From Candidatus Omnitrophota bacterium (GTDB taxonomy: Bacteria; Omnitrophota; Gorgyraeia; Gorgyraeales; Gorgyraeaceae), in NCBI GenBank assembly GCA_042571405.1, contig JBHPHU010000002.1, positions 2,787 to 66,786 on the forward strand: a DNA stretch of 64,000 nucleotides, read 5' to 3'. Both the position numbers and the translations under genes were made by a program. The notes beneath the pieces are model-generated. The model saw only the letters and a program-made list of their open reading frames with translations, searched no databases and had not been told where the DNA came from. Positions 1 through 9,848 of this stretch are shown here, piece by piece (the stretch's first letter is position 1; the number at the start of each line of letters is the position of its first letter).

Positions 1-546
1 GACTATGTGTTTGACGGAAAAAGCGGGCCTTACATGGAAGAAGATAAGCCTTGCCCTGTAAATGTATACGGCAGGACAAAGTTAGAGGGTGAGAGAATCG
101 TTGAGTCCAGGTTGAAAGATTATCTTATAGTGCGCACTGCCCAGCTATATGGCATGGATCATAACGCCAGGAATTTCGCTATTAAGATAATCCAGCGCAT
201 GCGAAATAATCAAGAGGTCTATGCGGCAGATGATTTTTATTGTACGCCCACTTATGTTACGGATCTGTCAGACGCTGTCATAAAACTTCTGGAGGATGGC
301 AAAAAAGGGATCTTTAACGTGGCCGGCACTGATTTTATAGATCGATATGAATATGTTGAAAAGATAGCGGATATATTTGGTTTGAAAAAGTCTCTGATAA
401 AAAAAACAAAACTAAAAGATCTGAGCCTAAAGGCAGTTAGGCCCCAGAGAGCTGGTCTTAAGGTTGATAAAGCAGTCAAGGAGCTCGACATTAGACTATC
501 AAACTGCAAGCATGGCCTGGAGCTGCTTAGAAAGGAAGCGCAATGA
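1..546 (+). CDS. RmlD-family NAD(P)H-dependent sugar reductase (dTDP-4-dehydrorhamnose reductase-like), 5' end cut by window edge
   Basis: Frame is open from nt 1 (DYVFDG...). YGRTK matches the YxxxK catalytic motif, and the C-terminal region is RmlD-like. The stop overlaps the next start (ATGA at 543-546). Confidence 0.75.
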   Translation, partial: DYVFDGKSGPYMEEDKPCPVNVYGRTKLEGERIVESRLKDYLIVRTAQLYGMDHNARNFAIKIIQRMRNNQEVYAADDFYCTPTYVTDLSDAVIKLLEDGKKGIFNVAGTDFIDRYEYVEKIADIFGLKKSLIKKTKLKDLSLKAVRPQRAGLKVDKAVKELDIRLSNCKHGLELLRKEAQ

Positions 547-1088
547 GAGCGTCTAATTTTTTAGAATTTTTTTATGCATGGCTTGCATGTAAGACTTCCA
601 GAATAGACAGGATTAACGCTATCGTGAGCAGATCTGACCGCTTGGTCGTGGAGTTTATGCTGAGACTGATGAATTCCAAAATAGGAAAAGACGCGGATAT
701 CGAGTCATATCTTAAGATTCATGGCGCTTCCAGAGATTATTCAAATCTTAGAATAGGAAATGCCTGTCATATAGGAAAGGACGTGTTTCTGGATTTGACA
801 GCGCCTATTATTATTGAAGACGAAGTGACGATTTCTATGCGCACCACTATATTGACACATATAGATGTTGGCAAAAGCCCTTTAGGAAAGAAGCTCTATC
901 CTACAGAGAAAAAGGGTGTTGTGCTTCGTAAAGGATGCTACATAGGCGCGAACGTTACTATACTCATGGGCGTGACAGTAGGTGAATGCGCTGTTGTTGG
1001 CGCCGGTTCAGTTATAACAAAGGATGTCCCGGCTAATACAGTAGTCGTAGGTTATCATGCAAAAGTAGCAAAGGAGCTTAAGTTATGA
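543..1088 (+). CDS. Hexapeptide-repeat (left-handed beta-helix) sugar acetyltransferase
   Basis: C-terminal LbH repeats (GCYIGANVTILMGVTVGECAVVGAGSVITKDVP). Translationally coupled on both sides (ATGA overlaps). Confidence 0.8.
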   Translation: MRASNFLEFFYAWLACKTSRIDRINAIVSRSDRLVVEFMLRLMNSKIGKDADIESYLKIHGASRDYSNLRIGNACHIGKDVFLDLTAPIIIEDEVTISMRTTILTHIDVGKSPLGKKLYPTEKKGVVLRKGCYIGANVTILMGVTVGECAVVGAGSVITKDVPANTVVVGYHAKVAKELKL

Positions 1089-2191
1089 TACCTGTGTTTA
1101 AACCTTCTTATGGAAAAGAGGAATTAGACGCACTGAAAGAAGTTTTATCTTCCGGTTGGGTGGGTCTCGGGCCAAAAACCCAGGAGTTTGAAGAAGAATT
1201 TGCTAAATATATCGGCACGAAGTATGCTGTTGCGCTTAATTCATGTACCGCAGCATTGCATTTGGCTTTAAAAGTGATGGGCGTAGAAGACAAAGAGGTG
1301 ATAACGACTCCTATCAGTTTTGTTTCTACTAACCATGCTATTCTCTATAATAACGCAGTCCCTGTATTTTCGGATGTATATCCTGATACGCTGAATATTA
1401 GCGTGGAGGAAATAGAAAAAAATATTACTCCTAATACAAAGGCAATCATAACAGTGCATTACGGCGGTCACCCCTGTGACATAGATCCTATTGTAGAGCT
1501 GACAAAGAAGCATGATCTAAAACTTATTGAAGATGCCGCGCATGGATGCGGCGGAGAATATAAGGGCCGCAAGATAGGTTCTCTGGGAGACATTGCCTGT
1601 TTTTCTTTTCATGCCGTAAAAAACCTGGCCACCGGAGAAGGCGGTATGATAACTACCAATGAAAAGGATGTTTATGAGAGGCTGAAAAAATTGAGATGGC
1701 TTGGGATCAATAAAGGCACATGGGATCGGGAGGCTGATGACAGAAAGTATTCCTGGTATTACGATGTGGAAGAATTGGGATTTAAATGTCATATGAATGA
1801 CATACCGGCGGCTATCGGACTGGCGCAGCTTAAAAAATTAGATAGACTCAATGAGAAAAGGAAGGCGTTCGCCAATAGATATAACAAGGCTTTTCAGGAG
1901 CTAGAATGGATTGAGGCGCCAGTGGAGAAAAAATACGCAAAGAGCGCCTTTCATAATTATGTTATAAAGTTAGACGATAGGGATGGTTTGAACCTGCATT
2001 TACAAAAGAAAGGCATCTCTACGGGAGTCCATTATGTTCCAAATCATCATTATGGGATGTATAAGAAATACAGGGCGCAATGCCCTGTGGCAGACAAGGT
2101 ATGGAAAAGACTTTTGACCCTGCCTCTATATCCAGACCTGTCGGATTCAGATTTCAATAAAATAGTTGAGGCAGTAAAGGAGTATAAATAG
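1085..2191 (+). CDS. DegT/DnrJ/EryC1/StrS-family PLP-dependent sugar aminotransferase
   Basis: Family-typical N-terminus (PxxGxEE..A), 'DAAHG', and 'SFHAVKNL' with the PLP-binding lysine. 368 aa. Confidence 0.9.
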   Translation: MIPVFKPSYGKEELDALKEVLSSGWVGLGPKTQEFEEEFAKYIGTKYAVALNSCTAALHLALKVMGVEDKEVITTPISFVSTNHAILYNNAVPVFSDVYPDTLNISVEEIEKNITPNTKAIITVHYGGHPCDIDPIVELTKKHDLKLIEDAAHGCGGEYKGRKIGSLGDIACFSFHAVKNLATGEGGMITTNEKDVYERLKKLRWLGINKGTWDREADDRKYSWYYDVEELGFKCHMNDIPAAIGLAQLKKLDRLNEKRKAFANRYNKAFQELEWIEAPVEKKYAKSAFHNYVIKLDDRDGLNLHLQKKGISTGVHYVPNHHYGMYKKYRAQCPVADKVWKRLLTLPLYPDLSDSDFNKIVEAVKEYK

Positions 2192-3225
2192 TGAAGTGTG
2201 ACATTATTATACCAGTCTGGAATTTGAAGGAATATACCCAGAAGTGCGTAGAGAGCCTTATTAAGAATACTGACTATTCATTTCGGTTGATTATGGTAGA
2301 TAATGGAAGCGAAAAAGAGACAAAAGAATATCTGGAGAGCTTAAAAGCAGATACGAGGTTAAATGATTATGCCCTTATCAGGAATGAGAAAAATCTTGGA
2401 TATACAAAAGCGACTAATCAAGGAATGAAAATAGCCGCTTCAGAATATGTATGTTTATTAAATAACGATACGCTTTTACTTGAGGGATGGCTTAGTGAAA
2501 TGATAAAAGTAGCAGAATCCGCAGATGATATAGGCATAGTTAATCCTTCGAGTAATAATCTAGGCGATTATAAGCCCTGGCGTCTGTCACTGGAAAATTA
2601 TGCTCTGGAACTTAGGCGGAAATATTCCGGCCAGTATATAGAGATGGCAACAGCAATAGGCTTTTGCTTTCTCATAAAAAGAGAGGTAATTGAAAAATTA
2701 GGAATACTTAGCGATGAGTATGGAGATGGTAATTTTGAGGATACCGAGTATGCTATAAGGGCTATGCGTAATGGTTATAAATCAGTGATTGCCAGAGGCT
2801 CCTATGTGTATCACAGAGAGCATGCCTCCTTTAACATGATAAAAGACTGGGAAGACATGTTTGTGGATAATCAGAAGCTGTTTCATAAATTATTCGGGAG
2901 CCCTAAAAGAATTTTATACGTATTGACAAAAGAGAATAAAGATTATTTTAAAGAACTAAAACAAGAGACATATGATTTAGCCAGCAAGTGCAATTGGGTA
3001 ACAGTTTTTATAAAAGATTCTATCCCCAAGCTGGATTTGGCGGAACATACCAATATAAGGATTATTGGAATGATGGGGGCGTTTTTTAGATGGCGCTGCG
3101 TACACAGAGTTTTGATAAAAAAGAAGAGATACAGTCATATTTTTACAGATGACAAAAAATTATTCAATATTCTTAAGAGATCAGAAGGACTGCATAAAGC
3201 AGAGGTAAAATGCCAGGCAGGTTAA
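2191..3225 (+). CDS. Family 2 glycosyltransferase
   Basis: GT-A signature IIIPVWN...MVDNGS...LLNNDT (DxD-like). GTG start abuts the previous stop. Confidence 0.85.
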   Translation: MKCDIIIPVWNLKEYTQKCVESLIKNTDYSFRLIMVDNGSEKETKEYLESLKADTRLNDYALIRNEKNLGYTKATNQGMKIAASEYVCLLNNDTLLLEGWLSEMIKVAESADDIGIVNPSSNNLGDYKPWRLSLENYALELRRKYSGQYIEMATAIGFCFLIKREVIEKLGILSDEYGDGNFEDTEYAIRAMRNGYKSVIARGSYVYHREHASFNMIKDWEDMFVDNQKLFHKLFGSPKRILYVLTKENKDYFKELKQETYDLASKCNWVTVFIKDSIPKLDLAEHTNIRIIGMMGAFFRWRCVHRVLIKKKRYSHIFTDDKKLFNILKRSEGLHKAEVKCQAG

Positions 3226-5024
3226 AGCAATTTTATAATAATTCCGGATTATTGAATGCGGCAAGGGCCCAAATAACACCCTTTAGAATTAAAAAGAGGA
3301 GGTCTTTGCTTTTATTTGATGATTCCAGATTTTACAGGTTAAATCTTAATTGCCGCGGTGACGCCTATCATGGATACGTAAATATAGAGGACACCAGGAC
3401 AAAGGGCCGGGTGTTTGTTTCCAAACTATGGAAACTGCCTTTTTCCGATAATGAAGCAAAATTCGCATTTATTGATTTTGAGACAGTAAAAGAAAACAAG
3501 AATTTATCGCGCATATTTAAAGAATTGGCAAGGGTAATGGTCCCAAATGGCATATTGACAATTGATAATATAGAGATAGATACGGAGATATCTTCGCTGC
3601 TAAATGATGTTGGTTTCAGCCAGGTATTTTCTGGATCTCAGAAAAACTTGCCGGTCGCCCATTTTGTTAATAGTCCAAGAGAGAATTTTTATGATCTAGC
3701 AGAGTTTGATTGCAGAAAAGATAGAGGTTGCCTTATAATTTCAAGTGACAGACTGGAAGGTTCAAAGAAGATAAAACTGGAAGAGTTCAACCCCGAAGCA
3801 GAGAGCTTAGACGGCATAAAGTTAGTTAATGCCCTGGCATATGTTTTTCCGGAATCAATGGAGAGCTTACTTCTTAAATTAAAAAAGTTTTTGAATAAAG
3901 ATGCTGTATTAGAGATCTCAGTAAGAAATGAATGCTTTTCCGAGAACGGGAAATTCATAAGTTTTTTTGACAAGGCTAATTTAGCGCAGTATTTGACAGA
4001 GACCGGTTTTTTAATTGAAAGACTTGAGTTGCAGGACGGCATTATCAAGGCAATTGCGAGAAAGAAGGGAATGCCGGAAAAATTAGAGGTAAAGATAGAG
4101 AAAAAGAAACGCATATGCTGTATAGGTCAGTATATGCTAAACAGGTATAATCAATTAGGTTTTGGCTGGGATGCGATACCCCGGGCCTTGGATGAATTAG
4201 GAATAGATTATCTTCTGCTTGAAGGGATGAGGAATATAGATAAGAAGGCTTTGCATGAGGCGATACTTTCTTTTAAGCCTGATTATTTGCTTTTGATTCT
4301 AAAAGAGACCATACCGCTTTTATTTGATATCGTACCTGAATTAAAAAAAATGGGGACGAAGATCATTTACTGGTTCTGTGATCCGGAGCACCCCGTTAAA
4401 CAGGATCTAGGGCATATAATTGATGTGATGTTTTTGAGCAATCGCGGTCAATTAGATGAATATAAAGAGGCGTATAACCTTAAGAGGGTATATTATATGC
4501 CGCAGGGCGGTTCTCCGTCTATCTTGTACCATAGAGACATTCCTGAAATCTATGATGTTGGTTTTACGGGAGCGTTGAGTAAGGCGTCTCTGCACAATAC
4601 GCGCAGGAAGATTTTTAGTGAATTGTTTAAAAGGTATACCGTGTCAGTCAGAAACAACGTGAGGAATAATGTGCCTGAATTTTACTCGCAATCCAAGACA
4701 GTGCTTGGCGGGAGCGATTTTGATTACGAACTTTGTACGTCCAATCGTTTCTATGTGGCGCTCGGGTGCGGCGCGTGTTATGTCACCAAACATTTTAAAG
4801 GCATAGAGCTTTTGGCTGAAAACAAAAAACACCTGTTGTGGTTTAAAGAAATAAAAGAGCTTTTTGACATCTTGGAATATTATATTAAGCATGATTCAGA
4901 GCGGAACAAGGTCAGGCAGGCTGCCTCAAGGTTGTCTCTGGAAAAACACACGTATAAACACAGGTTGCAAAATATTCTGGATATCGTTGATGGCAAGACA
5001 GAAAGTTTTTATGGATTCCTCTGA
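3210..5024 (+). CDS. Multidomain glycan-modification protein: N-terminal methyltransferase-like segments plus a C-terminal CgeB/DUF3880-like glycosyltransferase domain
   Basis: 604 aa. The C-terminal third (YWFCDPEHP...FLSNRG...GFTGAL) resembles CgeB-type GT-B domains. The N-terminal MTase-like resemblance is weak. Confidence 0.5.
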   Translation: MPGRLKQFYNNSGLLNAARAQITPFRIKKRRSLLLFDDSRFYRLNLNCRGDAYHGYVNIEDTRTKGRVFVSKLWKLPFSDNEAKFAFIDFETVKENKNLSRIFKELARVMVPNGILTIDNIEIDTEISSLLNDVGFSQVFSGSQKNLPVAHFVNSPRENFYDLAEFDCRKDRGCLIISSDRLEGSKKIKLEEFNPEAESLDGIKLVNALAYVFPESMESLLLKLKKFLNKDAVLEISVRNECFSENGKFISFFDKANLAQYLTETGFLIERLELQDGIIKAIARKKGMPEKLEVKIEKKKRICCIGQYMLNRYNQLGFGWDAIPRALDELGIDYLLLEGMRNIDKKALHEAILSFKPDYLLLILKETIPLLFDIVPELKKMGTKIIYWFCDPEHPVKQDLGHIIDVMFLSNRGQLDEYKEAYNLKRVYYMPQGGSPSILYHRDIPEIYDVGFTGALSKASLHNTRRKIFSELFKRYTVSVRNNVRNNVPEFYSQSKTVLGGSDFDYELCTSNRFYVALGCGACYVTKHFKGIELLAENKKHLLWFKEIKELFDILEYYIKHDSERNKVRQAASRLSLEKHTYKHRLQNILDIVDGKTESFYGFL

Positions 5025-5727
5025 TGTTTTAAGGCCGGGCGGTTCTGGCATTTTGCCGGAAGAGACGCCTTCTAAGTTTTTAGCAAGGCATCTTAGCTCT
5101 TATCACTTTGCGCTGCCTTATCTAAAGGGCAAGCATGTCTTGGAGATAGGGTTTGGCGATGGTTATGGCGCGAATTTTCTAGCAGGCCATGTTGGGAGCA
5201 TAAAGGCCGTAGACGTCTTGGAAAAAAATGTAAAACTAGCTTCGAATAAATATAATGCCCCTAATTTGGAATTTAGACAGATGTCTGCCACGGATTTATA
5301 TTTTGACGATAATAGCTTTGATGTGATTTTGAGTTTTCAGGTAATAGAGCATATAGAAGAAGAAAAGCTTGTAAGATATCTGGAAGAGATAAAAAGGGTT
5401 TTAAAAAAAGGAGGTCTTGCCTTTATCTCCACCTTAAATCTGGACAAGAATAGAAAACCAGGCAAGACTTATAATAAAAACCCTTTTCATGTCAAAGAAT
5501 TTAATTATGACGAGTTCAGTTCATTGATTAAGAAAGTATTCGATGATTGCCAAATACACGGGCTTTTTTATAGCGCGAGGCTTAGATTTTACGAGAGATT
5601 GAAGAAGATAGGTTTTTCTGTGGACAGATTCTATGATAACATAAGAGTAGATGAGTTTATCTGGAAGGATAAAAAGCTGACCCGATGCATAGATTTTATG
5701 GCAGGATGCAGAAAGACAGGGAGGTAG
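5011..5727 (+). CDS. Class I SAM-dependent methyltransferase
   Basis: Motif I VLEIGFGDGYG, then post-I and motif II (FDVILSFQVIEH). The track ORF begins at 4864 inside the upstream gene. The ATG at 5011 (MDSSDV) overlaps the upstream stop by 14 nt and is the likelier start. Confidence 0.8.
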   Translation: MDSSDVLRPGGSGILPEETPSKFLARHLSSYHFALPYLKGKHVLEIGFGDGYGANFLAGHVGSIKAVDVLEKNVKLASNKYNAPNLEFRQMSATDLYFDDNSFDVILSFQVIEHIEEEKLVRYLEEIKRVLKKGGLAFISTLNLDKNRKPGKTYNKNPFHVKEFNYDEFSSLIKKVFDDCQIHGLFYSARLRFYERLKKIGFSVDRFYDNIRVDEFIWKDKKLTRCIDFMAGCRKTGR

Positions 5728-5731
5728 TCAT

Positions 5732-6664
5732 ATGAGAGAAAAAGTCCTTATAGTTAAATTAGGGTTTACAGAGACTATAGACGCGAGCATTTCTACGGAT
5801 AGTGTTAGTCTGGGCGATGTCTTTAGGACTACGGCGATATTGCACCCATTCCAGAAACATGATGTAACGTGGCTAACTACAAAAGAAGCCGCACCTCTTT
5901 TAGTAAACAATCCATTTATAGATAGATTACTGGTGTACGATCTTACCTCAGTTCTTCAGCTTCAGGCAGAGCATTTTGATGTGGTTATAAATTTGGAAAA
6001 ACTTCCTGGTGTGTGCGCTTTGACAGATTCTATACATGCATGGAGGAGATATGGCTTTAGGTTTGACCCAAAGAAAGGCACATCAGAGGCGTATGAACAT
6101 TCATATGAGGTAGTGGCAAATTCAGAAGACCCGAAGTTACGCAAGAAGATAAAAAAGAACTGGGTAGAGATGCTTTATGGTATGATGGACAAAAAATGGC
6201 AGGGTCAGGGGTATGTATTAGGCTATAAGTCAAAGGTTAAAGAGAAGTTTGATATAGGGTTTAATATCAAGGTAGGGAAACGATGGCCTAATAAGGCATG
6301 GCCGGAAGAGAACTGGAAGAGATTAGAGGAGCTGACAAGCAAGAAGTTTTCTGTTACGCATCAGCAGTCCTTGAATGACATAGCAGGATATCTTGACTGG
6401 CTTAATAGCTGCAGACTTATAGTTACAAATGATTCGCTGGGATTGCATTTGAGCATAGCATTGAAAAAGAAGATAATCGCGCTCTTTGGTCCCACTTCAG
6501 AAAAAGAGATTTTTCTTTTTAACAGAGGAGTGGTGGTAAAGCCTGAGAAAAAGCTGAAATGCATACCTTGTTTTAATACGCGGTGTAAATATGAAAAAAG
6601 TTGTATGCATTATATTAAGCCAGAGACAGTATATAGAGATATTGTTAGATTATTGAAACAATAG
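5732..6664 (+). CDS. Family 9 glycosyltransferase (ADP-heptose:LPS heptosyltransferase-like)
   Basis: GT9-type C-terminal motif TNDSLGLHLSIALKKKIIALFGPTS, with family-typical length and layout. Confidence 0.8.
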   Translation: MREKVLIVKLGFTETIDASISTDSVSLGDVFRTTAILHPFQKHDVTWLTTKEAAPLLVNNPFIDRLLVYDLTSVLQLQAEHFDVVINLEKLPGVCALTDSIHAWRRYGFRFDPKKGTSEAYEHSYEVVANSEDPKLRKKIKKNWVEMLYGMMDKKWQGQGYVLGYKSKVKEKFDIGFNIKVGKRWPNKAWPEENWKRLEELTSKKFSVTHQQSLNDIAGYLDWLNSCRLIVTNDSLGLHLSIALKKKIIALFGPTSEKEIFLFNRGVVVKPEKKLKCIPCFNTRCKYEKSCMHYIKPETVYRDIVRLLKQ

Positions 6665-6676
6665 AGGAGGCTGAAG

Positions 6677-7690
6677 GTGGTAAAGATAGGTATAGTTGGG
6701 TGCGGTTATTGGGGACCTAATTTAATAAGGAATTTTTTTCAAGCCAAAGATTCAGAGCTGTGCGCGCTTTGCGATACGAATGAAAAGAGATTAAAAGAGA
6801 TGAAAGAGACCTATTTCGTAAAGAAGAGCTTTACGGATTATAAGTCCATGCTTAAGGATCCTGAAATAGAGGCTGTTGTTATTGCTACTCCTCCAAAGAC
6901 ACATTATTCGCTTGTGCAAGAGGCACTTTCCAGCAACAAGCATGTCTTGGTCGAAAAACCACTGGCCTTCAACACAAAAGAGTCAAAAGATCTAGTAGAA
7001 TTAGCCAAGACCAAAAAGCGGATCTTAATGGTGGGGCATACATTTGAATTTAATCCTGCAGTGATTAAAATGAAGGAGTGCATCACCAGTGGCGAGTTAG
7101 GAAAGATATCTTATATATATTCCACCAGGGTAAATCTAGGCCGGGTGCAGGAGAATATAAACGCGATCTGGAGTCTTGCCCCTCATGACGTATCCATAAT
7201 CCACTTTATACTGGGATCTATGCCTGTCAGAGTCAGGGCTTATGGCAGTTCACATATAAACAAGGGTATAGAGGATGTAGTTTTTATCAACCTGGAATTT
7301 AAAGATAATGTCATGGCGCATATACACGTGAGCTGGCTGGATCCGAGCAAGATAAGAAAGATGACAGTGGTCGGCTCTAAAAAGATGCTTATATATGATG
7401 ATATTGACAATGAGGGAAAGATAAAGATATACGATAAGGGCGTGGATAGATTTTCTCTGGAAGATAGTTCTTACGGGGTATATCAGACAAAACTCAGAGC
7501 CGGAGATATTACTATGCCAAAGTTGCGGCTCTATGAGCCATTGCGCAGGGAATGCGAACACTTCATAGAGTGTATTATAAATAACAAAAACCCTGATACT
7601 GATGGTGAGAACGGTTTAAGGGTGGTGAGTGTTTTAGAGGCAGCGCAGATGTCTTTGGAACAAGACGGTAAGGTGGTGGAAATAAAATGA
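6677..7690 (+). CDS. Gfo/Idh/MocA-family NAD-dependent sugar oxidoreductase (WbpB-like)
   Basis: N-terminal Rossmann motif KIGIVGCGYWG and EKPLA motif. First gene of an oxidoreductase-acetyltransferase-aminotransferase triad. GTG start. Confidence 0.8.
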   Translation: MVKIGIVGCGYWGPNLIRNFFQAKDSELCALCDTNEKRLKEMKETYFVKKSFTDYKSMLKDPEIEAVVIATPPKTHYSLVQEALSSNKHVLVEKPLAFNTKESKDLVELAKTKKRILMVGHTFEFNPAVIKMKECITSGELGKISYIYSTRVNLGRVQENINAIWSLAPHDVSIIHFILGSMPVRVRAYGSSHINKGIEDVVFINLEFKDNVMAHIHVSWLDPSKIRKMTVVGSKKMLIYDDIDNEGKIKIYDKGVDRFSLEDSSYGVYQTKLRAGDITMPKLRLYEPLRRECEHFIECIINNKNPDTDGENGLRVVSVLEAAQMSLEQDGKVVEIK

Positions 7691-8319
7691 AGAATTATAA
7701 GGTATATCCTAATGTGACTATCGGAGAGGGAGCTGTAATAGGCGACTATGTTCTTATCGGAGTGCCGCCTCGCGGAAAAAAAGAAGGCGAGCTAAAGACT
7801 GTCATAGGTAAGAATGCCGTGATTCGTTCGCACAGTGTTATCTATGCGGGAAACAAGATAGGCGATAATTTTGAAACAGGTCACTACGCTTTTCTGCGAG
7901 AAGAAAATGTAGTAGGGAATAATGTGCGCATAGGCACTTCTTCAGCCGTGCAGCATTGTGTTCGCATAGAGGATAACGTGAGCATGCACACAGGCGTGTT
8001 TGTTCCGGAGTACAGTATACTCGAAGAGGGTTGCTGGCTCGGGCCGCGTGTTGTGCTTACTAATACGCCGCATCCTGTCTGTCCTAGGGCAAAAGAGTGT
8101 TTAAAAAAAGGCTGCAAGGTAGGTAGATTTGCGCAGGTAGGGGCAAACGCAACATTGTTACCGCATATATCTATAGGTGAGTATTCACTTATAGGCGCAG
8201 GTTCAGTCGTTACAAAAGATATCCCTGCTAAAAAAGTAGCAGCAGGTAATCCTGCTAAGATAATAAAGGAGGTAGGAGATCTAAGGTGTCGTTATGACGA
8301 AGCATTTTCACCTTATTGA
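7687..8319 (+). CDS. Hexapeptide-repeat sugar N-acetyltransferase (WbpD-like)
   Basis: LbH repeats run through the whole protein. ATGA overlap with the upstream oxidoreductase. Confidence 0.8.
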   Translation: MKNYKVYPNVTIGEGAVIGDYVLIGVPPRGKKEGELKTVIGKNAVIRSHSVIYAGNKIGDNFETGHYAFLREENVVGNNVRIGTSSAVQHCVRIEDNVSMHTGVFVPEYSILEEGCWLGPRVVLTNTPHPVCPRAKECLKKGCKVGRFAQVGANATLLPHISIGEYSLIGAGSVVTKDIPAKKVAAGNPAKIIKEVGDLRCRYDEAFSPY

Positions 8320-8333
8320 TCTTTTAAGAGCTT

Positions 8334-9437
8334 ATGGGACCTATTCCGTTAGTAGATTTAAAGCTGCAGTATAAGACAATAGAATCAGAGATAAAAAAGG
8401 CCATAGAGGATATCTTTGCGCAAGGTGTCTTTATCTCCGGCAAGCCGCTTGTGGAGTTTGAAAAGGGATTTTCTAAATTTTGCGGAACTAAATATGCGGT
8501 TGGAGTTAGTTCCGGCACGTCAGCGCTCTATTTGGCTTTATTGGCCTGTAATGTTGGAAAAGGAGATGAAGTCATTACAGTGCCTAATACCTTTATTGCC
8601 ACTACAGAAGCAATAACTGCGGCAGGCGCAAGGCCGGTTTTCGTAGATATCGATCCTGAAGATTATACAATAGATGTTTCGAAAATAAAAAAGGCGATTA
8701 GCAAAAAGACCAAAGCAATTATACCAGTGCATATCTACGGTCATCTAGCTAATATGGATGCGATCCTTTCACTTGCCAAAGAACATGGATTAAAAGTAAT
8801 AGAAGACGCAGCCCAATCTCATGGGGCAGAGCACAAAGGTAAAAGGGCAGGTTCTCTGGGTGACGCAGGTTGTTTTAGTTTTTATCCCGGGAAGAATTTA
8901 GGCGCATATGGAGACGCGGGCGCGCTAACTACCAATGACGCGGCCATAGCAGAAAAGGTGAGTCTCTTGAGAAATCATGGCCGTAAGGAAAAATACAGCC
9001 ATATCATAGAGGGATTCAATAATCGCTTGGACACGCTTCAGGCAAAGCTGCTCAGTGTAAAATTAGCCTATTTAGAAGACTGGAATAAAAGCCGCAGGCA
9101 GGTTGCTCAGTGGTATAGGAAGTATTTAAAAGATCTATCACTAAAACTACCTAAAGAAGACAAAGATTACCTGGATGTATATCATCTTTTTGTGATCGAG
9201 ACTGACGATAGGGATGGTTTACTTAGCCATCTAAAGGAAAAAGGGATTTTTGCAGGTATACATTATCCTATACCGCTGCACCTTCAAGAGGCATATAAGT
9301 ATCTTGGCTATAAACAGGGCGATTTTCCTGTTACAGAACATTCGAGTAAAAGAATACTCTCTTTACCCATTTTTCCCGAGTTAGAAGAGAGCAGTGTAGA
9401 GTTTATTTGTAAAACCATAAAGGAATTTATAAGTTAA
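8334..9437 (+). CDS. DegT-family sugar aminotransferase (WbpE-like)
   Basis: DegT signatures (DAAQSHG, SFYPGKNLG with PLP-binding Lys). Paralogous to 1085..2191. Confidence 0.9.
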   Translation: MGPIPLVDLKLQYKTIESEIKKAIEDIFAQGVFISGKPLVEFEKGFSKFCGTKYAVGVSSGTSALYLALLACNVGKGDEVITVPNTFIATTEAITAAGARPVFVDIDPEDYTIDVSKIKKAISKKTKAIIPVHIYGHLANMDAILSLAKEHGLKVIEDAAQSHGAEHKGKRAGSLGDAGCFSFYPGKNLGAYGDAGALTTNDAAIAEKVSLLRNHGRKEKYSHIIEGFNNRLDTLQAKLLSVKLAYLEDWNKSRRQVAQWYRKYLKDLSLKLPKEDKDYLDVYHLFVIETDDRDGLLSHLKEKGIFAGIHYPIPLHLQEAYKYLGYKQGDFPVTEHSSKRILSLPIFPELEESSVEFICKTIKEFIS

Positions 9438-9634
9438 CCCAAAAGGAGACCTGTTCGCTCAGCTGAAAATTTCCCCCTTACGGGGTCGTCTTTTATTCCG
9501 CATTTTGGCGGGACTGAAAAAACTCTACCCACACCATAGGTGTGGGTGTCGAACAGTTTTCAGCCTTTTAAAAACCGCCAAAATACTCCATAAAAGACTA
9601 AATTTTCAATTCGCTCTCAGGTCTCCTTTTGGGT
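9437..9634. repeat. 198-nt long imperfect hairpin / MITE-like element with 17-bp perfect terminal inverted repeats
   Basis: ACCCAAAAGGAGACCTG (9437-9453) pairs with CAGGTCTCCTTTTGGGT (9618-9634). Internal arms also pair (gtcttttat/ataaaagac, cattttggcgg/ccgccaaaat). Central hairpin is cccacacc-atagg-tgtgggtg. Confidence 0.8.
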
Positions 9635-9653
9635 TATAATAGCTACACTATAG

Positions 9654-9811
9654 TTTTGTACCACCCAGCTCAGTACCTTTGGAGGCATCGTTGGACCGAG
9701 CGGGCACGGTGTCCGCCGAAGGCGGACGAGCGAGGGGCAACAATGAGCAAAAATTTCCTCGCTGGGGAAATTTTTGTGTCCTCCAAAGGTACTGAGCTGG
9801 GTGGTGCAAAA
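9654..9811. repeat. 158-nt element closed by a 32-bp inverted repeat (one T/G mismatch) with two internal hairpins
   Basis: TTTTGTACCACCCAGCTCAGTACCTTTGGAGG (9654-9685) pairs with its complement at 9780-9811. Inner hairpins are gtccgcc-gaa-ggcggac (9711-9727) and aaaaatttcc/ggaaattttt (9749-9775). Confidence 0.85.
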
Positions 9812-9848
9812 GCGTTACGCGATGTTGAAAACATTGCATTTATAGAAA

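Noticed and set aside
4864-5010. Upstream extensions of track ORFs that overlap the preceding gene (4864-5010; likewise 48649-48720, 49854-49883, 39821-39844, 56846-56875 and 60668-60736)
   Set aside because: These are longest-ORF artefacts. Internal ATGs with an RBS, a conserved N-terminus or the conserved leader core give the biologically sensible starts.
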